Shown: positions 50,551 to 61,896 of the stretch, piece after piece
Numbering within the stretch: the first letter of the stretch is position 1
Layout of the letters: each line of letters opens with the position of its first letter
Assembly (NCBI GenBank): GCA_963662585.1
Contig: OY759729.1
Span: 2,432,001 to 2,496,000 of the forward strand
From: Candidatus Cloacimonadales bacterium
GTDB taxonomy: Bacteria; Cloacimonadota; Cloacimonadia; Cloacimonadales; JAFGVF01
Length of the DNA stretch: 64,000 bases
Reading direction: 5' to 3'
Program-made: the position numbers and the translations under genes
Notes under the pieces: generated by a model
Databases searched by the model: none
The model's input: the letters and a program-made list of their open reading frames with translations, nothing else
What the model was told of the DNA's origin: nothing

Positions 50551-52455
50551 GTGTTTTCTCTTTCATTTCTTAACTCTGGATTACTTATAGCTTCTTTAAG
50601 TGCTATCATACCTATCTTGATTTATTTCTTTGCCAAGAAGAGACCTGATAGAGTAATTTTTAGTTCTTTAAAATTCATTGTTACTAGTAAAGATGAGAAG
50701 AATAGTAAGATTAATTTAAAAAATATTCTTTTACTTATTATTAGAACATTAATTATTCTGCTTTTAACTCTGATTTTTGCTCGCCCTATATTTAAGACTT
50801 TTTTAGGAATTGATAGTAACTATCACGCCCCCACAACTATTTCGATTGTGGCTGATAATTCTTTAAGTATGGATTACTACTCTAAAGATACCCAACGCTT
50901 AGAACTACTCAAAAGTGAGCTTAAATTCATAAATTCTAAGCTTACCGCTAATGATTTTATAAGAATTTATACCAAGGATAATTTTGTCACTTCTCAGAAA
51001 TTCATGCAAGGAGCTATCGCGGATTCACTTATTCGCAATATCCCTCTTTCCTATAACTCAGTTTCAATAGACTCGCTAGTAGCCAAGGCAATCCAAAACA
51101 GTAAGGATATTGAGACTGCTAATCACGAGTTATATGTTTTTACTGATGGTAATGAAGCTCTAAACTTCCAAGATTCTCTCCGCACTATTAAATATATTTT
51201 AGTTGATGAAAATCATGATTGGAATAATCTAACTGCTCTGATAAATTCTGCCCAAATTGTTAGTAATAATAATATTAAGCAAATGAGCATAGATTTTGTA
51301 ATACAAAATTACGGGGAAGATATTGTCAAAGATCGATTAGTTAGATTAAATTATAATGATCGCAGTTATGATAAATTTATCACTATTGAAGCTAATAAAA
51401 GCTGGCAAGGTAACTTTACTATTCCTATTGAAAAAAGCGGTTGGCAGAAGGGTTTTATTGAAGTCCAAGATGAATATTACGCCCAAGATAATCGGGCATA
51501 TTTTAGTTTTTTCTTTAATCTTCAGCCAAATATTACAATTATTACAGAAGAGAATAATGTATCTTTACCTCTTAGAACAATGGCTAATATCTTTGCTGGA
51601 AATACTGAGAATGTTAAGTTTATTCCACAAAATCATGTTAATAATCAGTTAATAGAATCTACAGATATTTTTGTCTTGTATAAACTTGAGAGTTTTGCTT
51701 CTAATATTGAGTCTCTACTTGCTAAGCTATATTCAGAAGGAAAGGGTGCCTTAATTGTCTTAAGTCCTAACTCTGATTCATCAGTTAAAAATTATGTGAA
51801 GCAAGAGTATAAGATTGAGTTAAACTCAGGCATAAGCAAGAATCTTTATCCTGATTGGTATAATCAATATTATGGACTTTTTAGCGGTATTGCAACTAAG
51901 CAATTGACAGAGATTCAATTTAATGATTTAATTAAAGCAGAAATCAAGACTAAGAATAATACTTTACTTGCTTCAGGAAATCAACCTATTATTGCTCACT
52001 TAAATGAACTTTATCTCTTCTTCTTCAATGATAATAATGATTTGGTCACTAATACAACTTATCCAGTTCTCATGAATAAAATCTTTGAAAACCTAAGTAA
52101 TAGTAATTTAGAGATATCAACCAACTATTTGGGAAATTCTCTTGAGCTTAGTAGAGACGCAGAAGTTAATGACAAGAAATCACTTAGTAATAGATTCGTC
52201 TTTAATGAATTAGGAATTTTTAAAATCAGAAATCGGGCTGATAGAATTAGCTATGAATCTGTTAACTTAGATGAAAAACAACTTAATGAGAGTATCAAAA
52301 GCACTGCTGAAGTTAGTAAATCTTATCAAAATATCACTGAAAACTGGGAATCACACCTATTTGCTGAAAGTGGTAGATTCGAACTTCTTAAATATCTCTT
52401 AATTGCAGTTTTAGTCCTTTTTCTTGCAGAATTAATTATTGTTAAATCAAAGTAA
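50551..52455 (+). CDS. BatA-type N-terminal domain membrane protein with vWA-like domain
   Basis: FLN...PILIYF...FSSL.F...LLLIIR..ARP; DNSLSM; FTDG; C-terminal TM LAE. Confidence 0.8.
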   Translation: MFSLSFLNSGLLIASLSAIIPILIYFFAKKRPDRVIFSSLKFIVTSKDEKNSKINLKNILLLIIRTLIILLLTLIFARPIFKTFLGIDSNYHAPTTISIVADNSLSMDYYSKDTQRLELLKSELKFINSKLTANDFIRIYTKDNFVTSQKFMQGAIADSLIRNIPLSYNSVSIDSLVAKAIQNSKDIETANHELYVFTDGNEALNFQDSLRTIKYILVDENHDWNNLTALINSAQIVSNNNIKQMSIDFVIQNYGEDIVKDRLVRLNYNDRSYDKFITIEANKSWQGNFTIPIEKSGWQKGFIEVQDEYYAQDNRAYFSFFFNLQPNITIITEENNVSLPLRTMANIFAGNTENVKFIPQNHVNNQLIESTDIFVLYKLESFASNIESLLAKLYSEGKGALIVLSPNSDSSVKNYVKQEYKIELNSGISKNLYPDWYNQYYGLFSGIATKQLTEIQFNDLIKAEIKTKNNTLLASGNQPIIAHLNELYLFFFNDNNDLVTNTTYPVLMNKIFENLSNSNLEISTNYLGNSLELSRDAEVNDKKSLSNRFVFNELGIFKIRNRADRISYESVNLDEKQLNESIKSTAEVSKSYQNITENWESHLFAESGRFELLKYLLIAVLVLFLAELIIVKSK

Positions 52456-52807
52456 GAGTGTCTTAAGAACTAAGGATAGAAAAGACCTTGCACACGAATT
52501 ATCGCGAATATAGGGGCCTATTGATATAGTCCTTCTTGAATTTTCACTTGTCTTCTCATAAGCTAGGCCAAGCCAGGCGAATTAAGAAATTGTCCTAACA
52601 AAGGTGTTTTCGTCAATGGAAGTGTAAACTGCTAACCTCTTGTTAATATCTTTTTATCCATTTTTCCTTTTATTCGATAGCATTTTCCATCGATTAGGAT
52701 AAATTCTTCCCCCTCAATAAATCCTCCTCCTCTCCTCTTTCTCACTCATTTTGAATATAATTCGAATAATGCTTGAGCTAAGTAAGAAGGAGCATGGAAA
52801 GAACAAA

Positions 52808-52829
52808 GGGCAATCACCTTGGATTGCCC
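52808..52829 (-). terminator. Terminator after glgP
   Basis: gggcaatc...gattgccc followed by tttgttcttt on the minus strand. Confidence 0.65.
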
Positions 52830-52887
52830 AAAAGAGCTTTAATTATAAGAAAGAATTTCTTTTAAAAAGATAGCTTCATTATTAGCT

Positions 52888-55356
52888 TTATGAGGAAGGG
52901 GTTAACTTCCAAATATCCTTAACATATTCATGGATTGTTCTATCAGAAGAGAATTTTCCGCTTCTAGCAATATTGAGTAAAACTTTATTATACCACAACT
53001 TAGTATCTTTGAAATCCTTGGAAACTGTATCATTGATTTCGCAATAGGAGTTGAAATCCTCTAAGACCATGAAGTAATCACCATTTGTAAGAAGAGTATC
53101 TAGAATAGGTTGGAAAATACCTGCTTCATTTTGATTAAAGTAATCAAGTTTTATCATATCAATTACTCTCTTTAAATCAGGATTAGAATTATAGAAGTCA
53201 TGTGGATTATAGCCATCTTGCTTCATTTTAACTACATCTTGGGCTTTTAAACCAAATATGTAGATATTCTCATCTCCAAACTCTTCTCTCATTTCTACAT
53301 TTGCCCCGTCAAGGGTACCAACTGTCAAAGCGCCATTAAGTGCGAATTTCATATTTCCTGTACCAGAAGCTTCGAATCCTGCAGTAGATATTTGTTCAGA
53401 AAGGTCTGCAGCAGGGATAATGATTTCAGCTAAAGATACAGAATAGTTGGGAATAAAGACAACCTTGAGAAGATCATTTATTTCTAAGTCGGAATTAATT
53501 TTAACTCCTACGGCATCAATAAGTTTGATTATATTTTTAGCAATATAATAACTAGGAGCAGCTTTGCCTGAGAAAACAATCGTGCGTGGAGTCCAATCAG
53601 CATCGGGATTAGCTTTGATTTGATTATAAAGATGAATAATATGTAAGATATTGAGGAGCTGTCTCTTATATTCATGCATTCTTTTCACTTGAACATCGAA
53701 TAGGGAGTTAGGATTAACTCTAACGCCAGTTAATTTATAAATTCTTTTTGCTAGTCTTTTCTTGTTTTGTAATTTAATCTCTCTAAGTTGGTTCAGAACA
53801 TCTTCATTATCATAATATTTTTCAAGTTCTTTTAGTTGGTAAAGATCCTTTTTCCAGTCTCTACCGATTAGGCCTGAGATATAATTGGAGAGGCTTTTAT
53901 TACAAGAATCTAACCAACGACGCTGAGTAATACCATTAGTTTTATTATTAAATTTGTCAGGATATAGTTCGTAAAAATCTTTAAATATTTTAGTTTTGAT
54001 AATTTCACTATGAAGCTTAGCAACACCATTCACAGAGTGGGAACCTTCAATACATAAGTTGGCCATTCGAACTTGTTTATGATCGCCTTCTTCGATGATA
54101 GACATAGTCTTAAGCTTATAAATATTACCAGGATAAATTCTGTTAACTTTATTAAGGAGTCGTAAATTTATCTCTTGAATAATCTGCAGGTGGCGGGGGA
54201 GAAGTTCTTGGAACAAATCATAACCCCATTTTTCTAAAGCTTCAGGTAGAACAGTGTGATTGGTATAGGCGATGCTTTTGGTAGTTATATCCCAAGCTTC
54301 ATTCCATTCTAATCTTTCTTGATCAATAAGAATACGCATTAGTTCTGGGATTGCCAAGGCGGGGTGAGTATCATTTAGCTGGATAGCAACTAATTCAGAA
54401 ATGTCTTTATAGTCTAGATGTTTCTTTTTGAAATTAGTAAGGATATCTTGTAGAGTTGCAGAAACAAAGAAGTATTCTTGTTTAAGTCTCAATATTTTTC
54501 CTAAATGAAAATTATCATTAGGATAGAGAACTTTAGAAATGTTTTCAGAAATATTCTTCTTCTCAACTGCTTTTATGTAATCACCTGTGTTGAAGTAATC
54601 GAAATCGAAATCATCAGTAGCCTGAGCTTGCCATAGTCTTAAAGTATTGATGTGGTCTGTTTGATATCCTAAAACAGGAATATCCCAAGCAACTGCCATA
54701 ATATCTTCTGTGTCAACCCAATAGTAGAGAATTTTACCATCTTCTCTTTCGTAGTGTTCAACTCTGCCACCAAACTTTACTCTATAAGTAATCTCAGGTC
54801 TTTTAATTTCCCAGGGATTACCATTTCTTAACCAGTTATCAGGTTCTTCTACTTGATAACCCTGTCTTATAAGTTGCTTGAAAATACCAAATTCATATCT
54901 TATTCCGTAACCCATGGCAGGATAATTATGAGTAGCAAGAGAATCCATAAAGCAGGCAGCAAGCCTTCCTAAACCCCCAGAACCTAAACCCATATCAGGC
55001 TCTAACTCCTCAATATCACTCAAGGAATAGTTTAGCTCTTTGACTAAGTCTTTAACTTCATCTAATATTCCCATACTATTCAAAGAATCAAGCATTAGGC
55101 GTCCTACTAAGAATTCCATAGAAAGATAATTGACCATTTTGGTATTATTCTTTTGGTTATCATAATCTGTTCTTAACCACTTTTCAATAAGATTATCTTT
55201 AATAGTGAGAGCTAAAGCTAAGTAAATATCACGCGCTTTGATAGTAGTTTTATCCTTAATCATCGAATATTCGAGGTGGTAATAGAATTTATCTCTTAAA
55301 CTTTTATGTTGATGTTCAATCTGATCTGAAAAAAATATTGAATCTTCTTTATTCAT
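52888..55356 (-). CDS. glgP: Glycogen/starch phosphorylase
   Basis: GGLGRLAACF, QLNDTHP, YTNHT, KRMHEYKRQ, EASGTGNMK and FSSDRTI motifs. Confidence 0.97.
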   Translation of the reverse strand: MNKEDSIFFSDQIEHQHKSLRDKFYYHLEYSMIKDKTTIKARDIYLALALTIKDNLIEKWLRTDYDNQKNNTKMVNYLSMEFLVGRLMLDSLNSMGILDEVKDLVKELNYSLSDIEELEPDMGLGSGGLGRLAACFMDSLATHNYPAMGYGIRYEFGIFKQLIRQGYQVEEPDNWLRNGNPWEIKRPEITYRVKFGGRVEHYEREDGKILYYWVDTEDIMAVAWDIPVLGYQTDHINTLRLWQAQATDDFDFDYFNTGDYIKAVEKKNISENISKVLYPNDNFHLGKILRLKQEYFFVSATLQDILTNFKKKHLDYKDISELVAIQLNDTHPALAIPELMRILIDQERLEWNEAWDITTKSIAYTNHTVLPEALEKWGYDLFQELLPRHLQIIQEINLRLLNKVNRIYPGNIYKLKTMSIIEEGDHKQVRMANLCIEGSHSVNGVAKLHSEIIKTKIFKDFYELYPDKFNNKTNGITQRRWLDSCNKSLSNYISGLIGRDWKKDLYQLKELEKYYDNEDVLNQLREIKLQNKKRLAKRIYKLTGVRVNPNSLFDVQVKRMHEYKRQLLNILHIIHLYNQIKANPDADWTPRTIVFSGKAAPSYYIAKNIIKLIDAVGVKINSDLEINDLLKVVFIPNYSVSLAEIIIPAADLSEQISTAGFEASGTGNMKFALNGALTVGTLDGANVEMREEFGDENIYIFGLKAQDVVKMKQDGYNPHDFYNSNPDLKRVIDMIKLDYFNQNEAGIFQPILDTLLTNGDYFMVLEDFNSYCEINDTVSKDFKDTKLWYNKVLLNIARSGKFSSDRTIHEYVKDIWKLTPSS

Positions 55357-55450
55357 CGTTTTGTGTCCTTTTAATCATATTTGACGATTCATATTAATGA
55401 ATACAGTTCAAATAGGCAAGTAATTTATTATTAATTTTTTATTACTTCAA

Positions 55451-57721
55451 TCAGTTTTGGATTGGACTTAGTATCCCTAAGGCTTTTTCTAACTCTAGGT
55501 CTCTTCCATTCTTAATATCATCAACAGTTTTCTCCACGATTACATCAGGAATGATACCTACACCAAAGAACCTACTCTTATCTGGATTCCTCACCAACAT
55601 TCCTGTCCAAGAAGCTTTAAGATCTCCAGGTAGAGGTGTATCAATAACATTGCCATTAGCTCCTGCAGTAGGCTGACCAACAAGAGTAGCCAATTTATTG
55701 TGTTGTAAGACAGAAAGGTATGCTTCACAGTAACTCTGTGAATTCCTCCCACATAGAGCGATAATCTTTGCTCCTATATGTGGTTCAGCAGGTTGTAATG
55801 CCCAAACTAGCCTATCTTCATTAAGTCTAGGTAATTCTTCTTTTGGCTGTATATATCTTTTTATCACTGGGCCTGTAAGAGAATCAGCTTCCGTTAGTAA
55901 GTTGCTAAGTAGTTTCGGTGATATACTTGGGTAAAATCTTAGGTCTAAAATAATTCCCTTAGCATTTAACAAATCTGGCATAATTTCATCTAACTCTTTA
56001 TCGTTCATTATATTGGCATTTAAATATACAATCTCATTAGGGTAGTGGATTACTTTCTCAGGTTTTGTTAATAAATTTTTTAATACATATTCCACTGAAG
56101 GTATTTCTTTTGTGTATTCAAATTCACTCTTTTCGCTAGTGGTTTTAAATGTAAAATTGGCAACAGAATCCTGATATGTTCTCATAAAATTTCTAAATAA
56201 CCTAAGATTCGTTGTCTCTGAATTAGAAGAGATATAGTATGGTCTATTTTCTTGCATCAGTTTACTAAAGTTTTCTCCATTGATTTTGACCACTTCGTCT
56301 CCTAAAAGCGAAGCCAGTGAATCATCTAAAACAGAAGTAACTAACCACTTGCCATTGATGGGATAGGTATTAAATGGGGGCAACTTAGTGTTTAATGAAC
56401 TATCACTTAAAAATGCATGCCCATCTTCTGTTTTGGACATCAAGAGTCTTAAAGCTTGCCTATACTCCAAGAAATTCTTGCTTTCTAATGTTCTATCCAG
56501 ACAAAGAGACAGTTCATTATCCCAATCACAGATATTATATTCAAAGTAGGGATAGAAGAAATTCAATTCATTCCAATACTTTATTATACCTGCAAACCAA
56601 ACCCCTCGGTTATCTCTGTTATGCATATCATAAACAGAGTATTTTTGTTTCAACTCATCAAGTTTAGTCTTATCAGCTATCGGATAAGTGTGTTTCATAT
56701 CACACTGTAGCACCATAGGAAAGTAACAATTTAAGCCTGGGATGAGTTCTTTATCCAGTACTTGACCATAAGGAAGTTCTTCAGAAAATATTTTATCAAT
56801 AAACCCAAGAGTGTAATTCTCTGCTGAGTTTGTCTTTTGGATAGACATTCTCTTGTTACCCATATTGTTTTCTATCAGAATATCAACATTGCTACTAATA
56901 CCTCTATTAATAGGTGAAATATTAACTATAAAGTTACTAGGTAAATCACCAATATCTTCTTTAGAAAAATCTGAAAAAAACACCCTACGCCATGTTCCCT
57001 TATGCCACTCTTCTACTAAGAAATCATCTAGCATAAGATGTTCTAAATTAACAAATGACATCGCTAAAGGTTCATTCTGTTTTGCTTTACCTTCCAGTTC
57101 AAAGCTCTTTTCTGTCCAACCACTTTGACTTAGCTCTTCTCCAACATAATCTCCTCCAAATAGCACATGGATGGCGGTGGCAAGTGAATCACTATCAGCT
57201 TTACAAATTTTGAAAGACACTCTAATTTTCGTATCTCCATCTACATAATTTGGCAATTGGGGACATAAGATTGTCCATATTGGTTGTCTCAGTGGTGTTT
57301 TATCTATTTTCATGGGGCGATTTGTTCTTATTGACCTGTAGACAGAAGGCCTGTTAATATTATTATACCCTTCATATTGCCAAAAAGTAGTTTTACGACC
57401 TGGAAGAATATCACCTAAGGTTAAATCAGGTTTAGTTTGTGAATATAGCTTCAAATCTGGGACAATTGGTAGAAAAAGATCGCTTAATAATTTACTAAGT
57501 TCTTCATTATTACGGGCAGGCATTACATACTGAGAGCCATAAACTGCAAAACTATCCCAGTCAATATCTTGAGCTTCATCTGAGGGATAAAAATGTTTAA
57601 CGAAGCCATAGAGTTTGGTGAATGCGGTGAGATTATCTACTTTCTTATCCTCTACAATTTTATTGGTAGAACATGAACAGACAAGTAACAATACTAGCAC
57701 GAAAAAAGGTACTTTTAACAT
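55451..57721 (-). CDS. S41-family peptidase, probable lipoprotein
   Basis: YGFVKHFYPSD, FFYPYF, DGH, IILDLRFYP, SQSYCE, GQPTAGANG and GIIPD motifs. Confidence 0.88.
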   Translation of the reverse strand: MLKVPFFVLVLLLVCSCSTNKIVEDKKVDNLTAFTKLYGFVKHFYPSDEAQDIDWDSFAVYGSQYVMPARNNEELSKLLSDLFLPIVPDLKLYSQTKPDLTLGDILPGRKTTFWQYEGYNNINRPSVYRSIRTNRPMKIDKTPLRQPIWTILCPQLPNYVDGDTKIRVSFKICKADSDSLATAIHVLFGGDYVGEELSQSGWTEKSFELEGKAKQNEPLAMSFVNLEHLMLDDFLVEEWHKGTWRRVFFSDFSKEDIGDLPSNFIVNISPINRGISSNVDILIENNMGNKRMSIQKTNSAENYTLGFIDKIFSEELPYGQVLDKELIPGLNCYFPMVLQCDMKHTYPIADKTKLDELKQKYSVYDMHNRDNRGVWFAGIIKYWNELNFFYPYFEYNICDWDNELSLCLDRTLESKNFLEYRQALRLLMSKTEDGHAFLSDSSLNTKLPPFNTYPINGKWLVTSVLDDSLASLLGDEVVKINGENFSKLMQENRPYYISSNSETTNLRLFRNFMRTYQDSVANFTFKTTSEKSEFEYTKEIPSVEYVLKNLLTKPEKVIHYPNEIVYLNANIMNDKELDEIMPDLLNAKGIILDLRFYPSISPKLLSNLLTEADSLTGPVIKRYIQPKEELPRLNEDRLVWALQPAEPHIGAKIIALCGRNSQSYCEAYLSVLQHNKLATLVGQPTAGANGNVIDTPLPGDLKASWTGMLVRNPDKSRFFGVGIIPDVIVEKTVDDIKNGRDLELEKALGILSPIQN

Positions 57722-57777
57722 AAAACTCTCCTATTTCAAAATAACTTTTTATATTATTCCGATCTTCTTATTTTATG

Positions 57778-58665
57778 TCAAGTTTTTTTTAGTGTAATTA
57801 TCACAATTTCGGGGGGACAGAAGAATCTGGCATTTATCCAAGTATTGCCTACTCCAGCAGTTGTATATCCCTGCATCTTCTTATAATTCCATAAAGAATA
57901 GGAGTATTTACGAGGGAACTTAGTGAATCTGACGATCGGGACTCCACCTGGGTAACAAATTTGTCCGGAATGTGTATGGCCAGCTAAAAGAAGATCATAT
58001 CCCTTTCGTTGAGCATCCTTGTAGATATTGGGAGAGTGGGCTAAGAGGATTCTAAAATCATTATGTTCAATAGGAAGTTCAGGGAATTCATGAGACAGAT
58101 AACGATCTGAATCATCAATACCTGTGATAGTGAGAGATTCTTGCCCTCGCTTAATTTTAAAATATTCATTTAATAGCATATTTATTCCCAGGTCATTAAG
58201 AATCTCGGCGATTTTATACTCATCATGATTTCCTAAAACAGCATATACTTTTGAGGTGTTGATATCTTGAAACAACTCTGTGTATAGCGATTTAACCACA
58301 GGATAATTCCCAAATGCATTAACTTGATAATCTCCACCCAGCAGGTAAATATCTACCTGCTCTCGCTTAAGAATAGCTTTTATGGGTTTTATTATGGCCG
58401 GATTGCCGTTAAGATGGAAGTCTGCTATAAACATTATTTTAAAATTATTAAATTCACTACCTATATTTGGATGGGTTATTTCTATTTGTTTGGTAATAAT
58501 CTTTTGAGCATTACGATAACCTAAAGCTGCTAATCCAGTTCCTTCAAAAATGTATTTGATTACCTTGGAAATAGGATGAGCTTTTTTATGAGTATGTGAT
58601 TTTTCTTTTAACCATTCTTTGATTCTCTGTTCACGGGCTAAGCGTTTGGGGTGAATCTCTTTCAT
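57778..58665 (-). CDS. Metallophosphoesterase (YkuE-like)
   Basis: DFH, GGD, GNHD, LAHSP and AGHTHSGQI motifs. Confidence 0.92.
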   Translation of the reverse strand: MKEIHPKRLAREQRIKEWLKEKSHTHKKAHPISKVIKYIFEGTGLAALGYRNAQKIITKQIEITHPNIGSEFNNFKIMFIADFHLNGNPAIIKPIKAILKREQVDIYLLGGDYQVNAFGNYPVVKSLYTELFQDINTSKVYAVLGNHDEYKIAEILNDLGINMLLNEYFKIKRGQESLTITGIDDSDRYLSHEFPELPIEHNDFRILLAHSPNIYKDAQRKGYDLLLAGHTHSGQICYPGGVPIVRFTKFPRKYSYSLWNYKKMQGYTTAGVGNTWINARFFCPPEIVIITLKKT

Positions 58666-59816
58666 TATTCTAAACTATTATTCCTGTCATAGTGGAGTTT
58701 GAAGGATTTAATCCCATAAAACATACTTTCAACTAGACTATCCTGATAGCTATCATTATTGAGTTTTATTCCCTCTTCTTTGTTAGAAATAAAGCCTAAT
58801 TCTAGCAAAACAGCAGGCATAAAAGCACCACGCAAAACAAAGAAATTAGCTGATTTGACTCCACGATCTCTAGCTTCAGTCTCTAAAATCATATTATTCT
58901 GGAATTTATAAGCTAGATTAATACTCTCTATTAGTTGAGCGGATTGAATTAAATCACTGATAACATAATCAGCTTGAGTATAATCTTGTAATGCTTCTTG
59001 ACCTTCAAATTCTTCCACAACAGAGTTTTCTAAGGCTTGAGCAGCCCTTGATTCATCATTTTTTGCTTCTGAAAGATAATAGACTTCAATTCCATGAGCT
59101 TTTTTATTCTCAGCAGCATTAGTATGAATTGAAATAAACAAATCTGCTTCATTAGCATTAGCAAATTCTGTTCTCTCTCTCAAAGAAACAAAAGAGTCAT
59201 CTTCACGGGTTAAAAGAACTTTAACATCAAATTCACTCTCAATTCTTGCTCTTAACTTCTTAGCAAGTGATAGAACTATATGCTTTTCTTGTAGTCCATT
59301 AGCACCCTCTGCACCAGGGTCTTTTCCACCATGACCAGGGTCTAAGACTATTACTTGAATAGATGACTTATTCCTTTCATTTAAGATAAGAAAATCATCT
59401 CGATAGGCTACCGATTGAGGGAATATCTGGGGAAAAATATCTTTTAAAAAGTGTTCTGGAAGGCAATAATAACCATCGATATAGACAATGGGATAATAGA
59501 AGTTATAATACTCATCTTCTAGCAATCCAGTTTGACCATTATAGCTGGCTACATGAGCAAAAGAACTCTCTAAACAGAAAGATATCTCTTTCTTAAAAAT
59601 ATAAAAATTTAGACGATCATCCAAGAGAATCTCTTTAATCTGACCATCTACTACTGAATTTAAGTCATTAAGTCTGAAATAGTTTATTTTATCATGCTCA
59701 AATGTCTCTATAAGATAGTATTCATCACTACCTGCAAACTGTACTTTTATTTGTCCAAACAGAGAGAAAAGAGAGGCTAGAAAGATTATTATAAATAGAT
59801 ATTTTTTAAGTTTCAT
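58665..59816 (-). CDS. N-acetylmuramoyl-L-alanine amidase (Amidase_3)
   Basis: LDPGHGGKDPGA, EK, LTR.DD, FISIHTN and ELGFISN motifs. Confidence 0.95.
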   Translation of the reverse strand: MKLKKYLFIIIFLASLFSLFGQIKVQFAGSDEYYLIETFEHDKINYFRLNDLNSVVDGQIKEILLDDRLNFYIFKKEISFCLESSFAHVASYNGQTGLLEDEYYNFYYPIVYIDGYYCLPEHFLKDIFPQIFPQSVAYRDDFLILNERNKSSIQVIVLDPGHGGKDPGAEGANGLQEKHIVLSLAKKLRARIESEFDVKVLLTREDDSFVSLRERTEFANANEADLFISIHTNAAENKKAHGIEVYYLSEAKNDESRAAQALENSVVEEFEGQEALQDYTQADYVISDLIQSAQLIESINLAYKFQNNMILETEARDRGVKSANFFVLRGAFMPAVLLELGFISNKEEGIKLNNDSYQDSLVESMFYGIKSFKLHYDRNNSLE

Positions 59817-59821
59817 CTGTA

Positions 59822-60298
59822 CTAAAATGCCATTTTCTTGGCTCTATCAGCATCGCGTTGCTGATCTTTCTTTTGCATATCTTCGCGTTTATCATAGTTT
59901 TTCTTACCCTTAGCCAAGGCTAATTCTACTTTGCAAAGACTCTTCTCATTTATATATATAGAAGCAGGAATTAAGGTCATTCCTCCCTCTATAATCTTGG
60001 AGTTAATCTTCTTTATCTCTCTTCTGTTAAGAAGTAATTTACGCGGACGAGTAGCTTCATGATTGAAATAGGTAGTCTTTTCATAGGGCGAAATGTGCAG
60101 ATTTAATAACCACACTTCACCTTGCTTATCTACTTTAGCAAAACTATCCTTGAAACTTACCTTACCTTGCCTAATAGACTTAATCTCAGTTCCTCTAAGG
60201 ACTATTCCAGCTTCGTAAGTCTCAATAAAAAAGTACTCATGGCTTGCTTTTTTATTCCGTATAGACCTCAATCTATCATTATTTTTTTGTTTTGACAT
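59822..60298 (-). CDS. smpB: SsrA-binding protein
   Basis: NKKASHEY, EAGIVLRGTEIKSIR, RKLLL and GKKNYDKRE motifs. Confidence 0.98.
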   Translation of the reverse strand: MSKQKNNDRLRSIRNKKASHEYFFIETYEAGIVLRGTEIKSIRQGKVSFKDSFAKVDKQGEVWLLNLHISPYEKTTYFNHEATRPRKLLLNRREIKKINSKIIEGGMTLIPASIYINEKSLCKVELALAKGKKNYDKREDMQKKDQQRDADRAKKMAF

Positions 60299-60464
60299 AA
60301 TTATTACCAATCTTTCTTAATTTATGGTGAAGTGATTAAGTTCCATTCTGAAAAGTGCTAATTAACCAACTTTCAACCTTTCAATCCATTATCAGTTAAG
60401 ACTCAAAAATGTCAAATGATATTTAAATTTTCCCTTATTTCAAGGTATTTGGTGGGGGAAATAA

Positions 60465-60588
60465 GATTTTTTAGCAATTATTATTTTTCTATTAAACCCT
60501 TACAGGGTTACACAAATATTGGTTTGCCATACCCAGGGTCAATTTTTCTTCAAAAAATGAGCCCCTGGGCTAATCTATTTAATCCCTT
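60465..60588 (+). repeat. ~125-bp hairpin repeat, copy 1
   Basis: Near-identical to 61897-62021; internal cccaggg...ccctggg stem. Confidence 0.9.
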
Positions 60589-60632
60589 GGTGATATTTTC
60601 TTAATTCGTGAAATTAGTGGATAGATTCTATC

Positions 60633-61760
60633 TCATTTCCCTATTCTCAGTTCTCCATCCTCAAAGATATGTAATATTGCTTGATTCTTATCATTATAAA
60701 GTATTACTTGATAACTGTCTGGACTAATGAATATTTTTGTTCTCTTATCCCAAAGCTTTTGATTTGCATCTTTGTTAAAAGGAATTTCTCTTTTATATTT
60801 ACTAAGAATATTCAAGCTATCACTATAGAATCCGAATTGCATAAAGTACTCTTTTTGGGCATAGTAGATTTCTCGCATGTACTTCTTTTCTTGAGTAAGT
60901 GGGTCTGGAATAAACTTCATAAGCTTGTCTCCGACATAGTTATGACTAAACATCACATTACCCCACATTTCTGGATAGTGCATAGCGATTAAGCCTTGGG
61001 GAGACCAAACAATATTCATTTCAGACAAAGGTCTTTTAGTTTCAGGATTAAGCTTTTTTGTGTAGCCATCTTCTTGCTTTTCTAACTGCCAATGAACCCT
61101 AGAAAAGTTAATCTTCCAAATATCCTTATCAACTGGAGGAGTTTTTTTGTGAGCAGCTTCAGCTAAAGATTCCCAAGGAATAGCAATTTCTACAGACCAA
61201 TATTCATCGGTATCTGAAGGGTCATTGAGAGTTCCTTGCAAGTGAACAGCTGTTTGCAGTCCTTTTATATCCCAACTATTAAAAGCCACTTGACATCTAT
61301 CTCTATATGGCTTAATCACTAAGAGATCCCAGACAGTATTAAGAGCATTTAGTTCTAGTTCATAATAATCATGACTATCACCATCAGGGTCGATAAAGAC
61401 TTCAAAATCATTATCATGGAAGATAACAGCATCTCTTTGAGTGATAGAAGCCCATAAATCAGACTCTTCTAAATAAGCACCAAAGTAAAAATAGTCCTTA
61501 TCCCAGAGCATTTTAGCTTTGGTAATAAAGGGGGGAATCGGCTTTAAGCTTCCTTCAATATCCACAAAATCTTCTGTCCATTTAGAATTAAGCCAAGAAG
61601 CTTCATCTAGTTTTCCATCGATAGTCAGTTTTTCCTTACTTTGGTAACAGACATAGTTAAGTGGCTCAATATCAAGCATAGGAATAGGGAATTTCCTTTC
61701 ACCTACAAGTGCTACCGTTAAAAGACATATTAATAAAGTAATTCCATATTTTTTCATCAT
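60633..61760 (-). CDS. Secreted CBM9/DOMON-like carbohydrate-binding protein
   Basis: IDGKLDEASW, T.AKMLWD..YFY, DNDFEVFIDP, W.VEIAIPW, NFSRV and MHYPEMWG motifs; AAGGAG before ATG 61760/61757 (the ORF-track extension runs into a repeat). Confidence 0.85.
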   Translation of the reverse strand: MMKKYGITLLICLLTVALVGERKFPIPMLDIEPLNYVCYQSKEKLTIDGKLDEASWLNSKWTEDFVDIEGSLKPIPPFITKAKMLWDKDYFYFGAYLEESDLWASITQRDAVIFHDNDFEVFIDPDGDSHDYYELELNALNTVWDLLVIKPYRDRCQVAFNSWDIKGLQTAVHLQGTLNDPSDTDEYWSVEIAIPWESLAEAAHKKTPPVDKDIWKINFSRVHWQLEKQEDGYTKKLNPETKRPLSEMNIVWSPQGLIAMHYPEMWGNVMFSHNYVGDKLMKFIPDPLTQEKKYMREIYYAQKEYFMQFGFYSDSLNILSKYKREIPFNKDANQKLWDKRTKIFISPDSYQVILYNDKNQAILHIFEDGELRIGK

Positions 61761-61803
61761 TATACTCCTTTTAGTACTCTTGCTAGCAAGAGAAGTTTTG
61801 TTT

Positions 61804-61866
61804 ATAGGGGGCCTATTGCCATAAACCCTCTTCTGTCGGACGGTGGAGATTCTCTCCACCTCATTG
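61804..61866 (+). repeat. Two adjacent REP-like hairpin units
   Basis: Variants of the GTAG-hairpin and gtcggacggtgg families seen at 7.3-10.8 kb. Confidence 0.75.
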
Positions 61867-61896
61867 CGAAGCTGTCCAGTCCTAAATAATTTGACT

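Noticed and set aside
52614..52633. 20-bp near-match to the reverse complement of ~7236-7255 as IS ends
   Set aside because: Isolated and 45 kb apart, with no transposase remnant or target duplication
60416..60604. 62-aa ORF and its look-alike at 61843-62031
   Set aside because: Similarity comes from the 125-bp DNA repeat; different starts and no RBS
59822..60632. tmRNA gene next to smpB
   Set aside because: No tRNA-Ala-like ends or tag frame recognised
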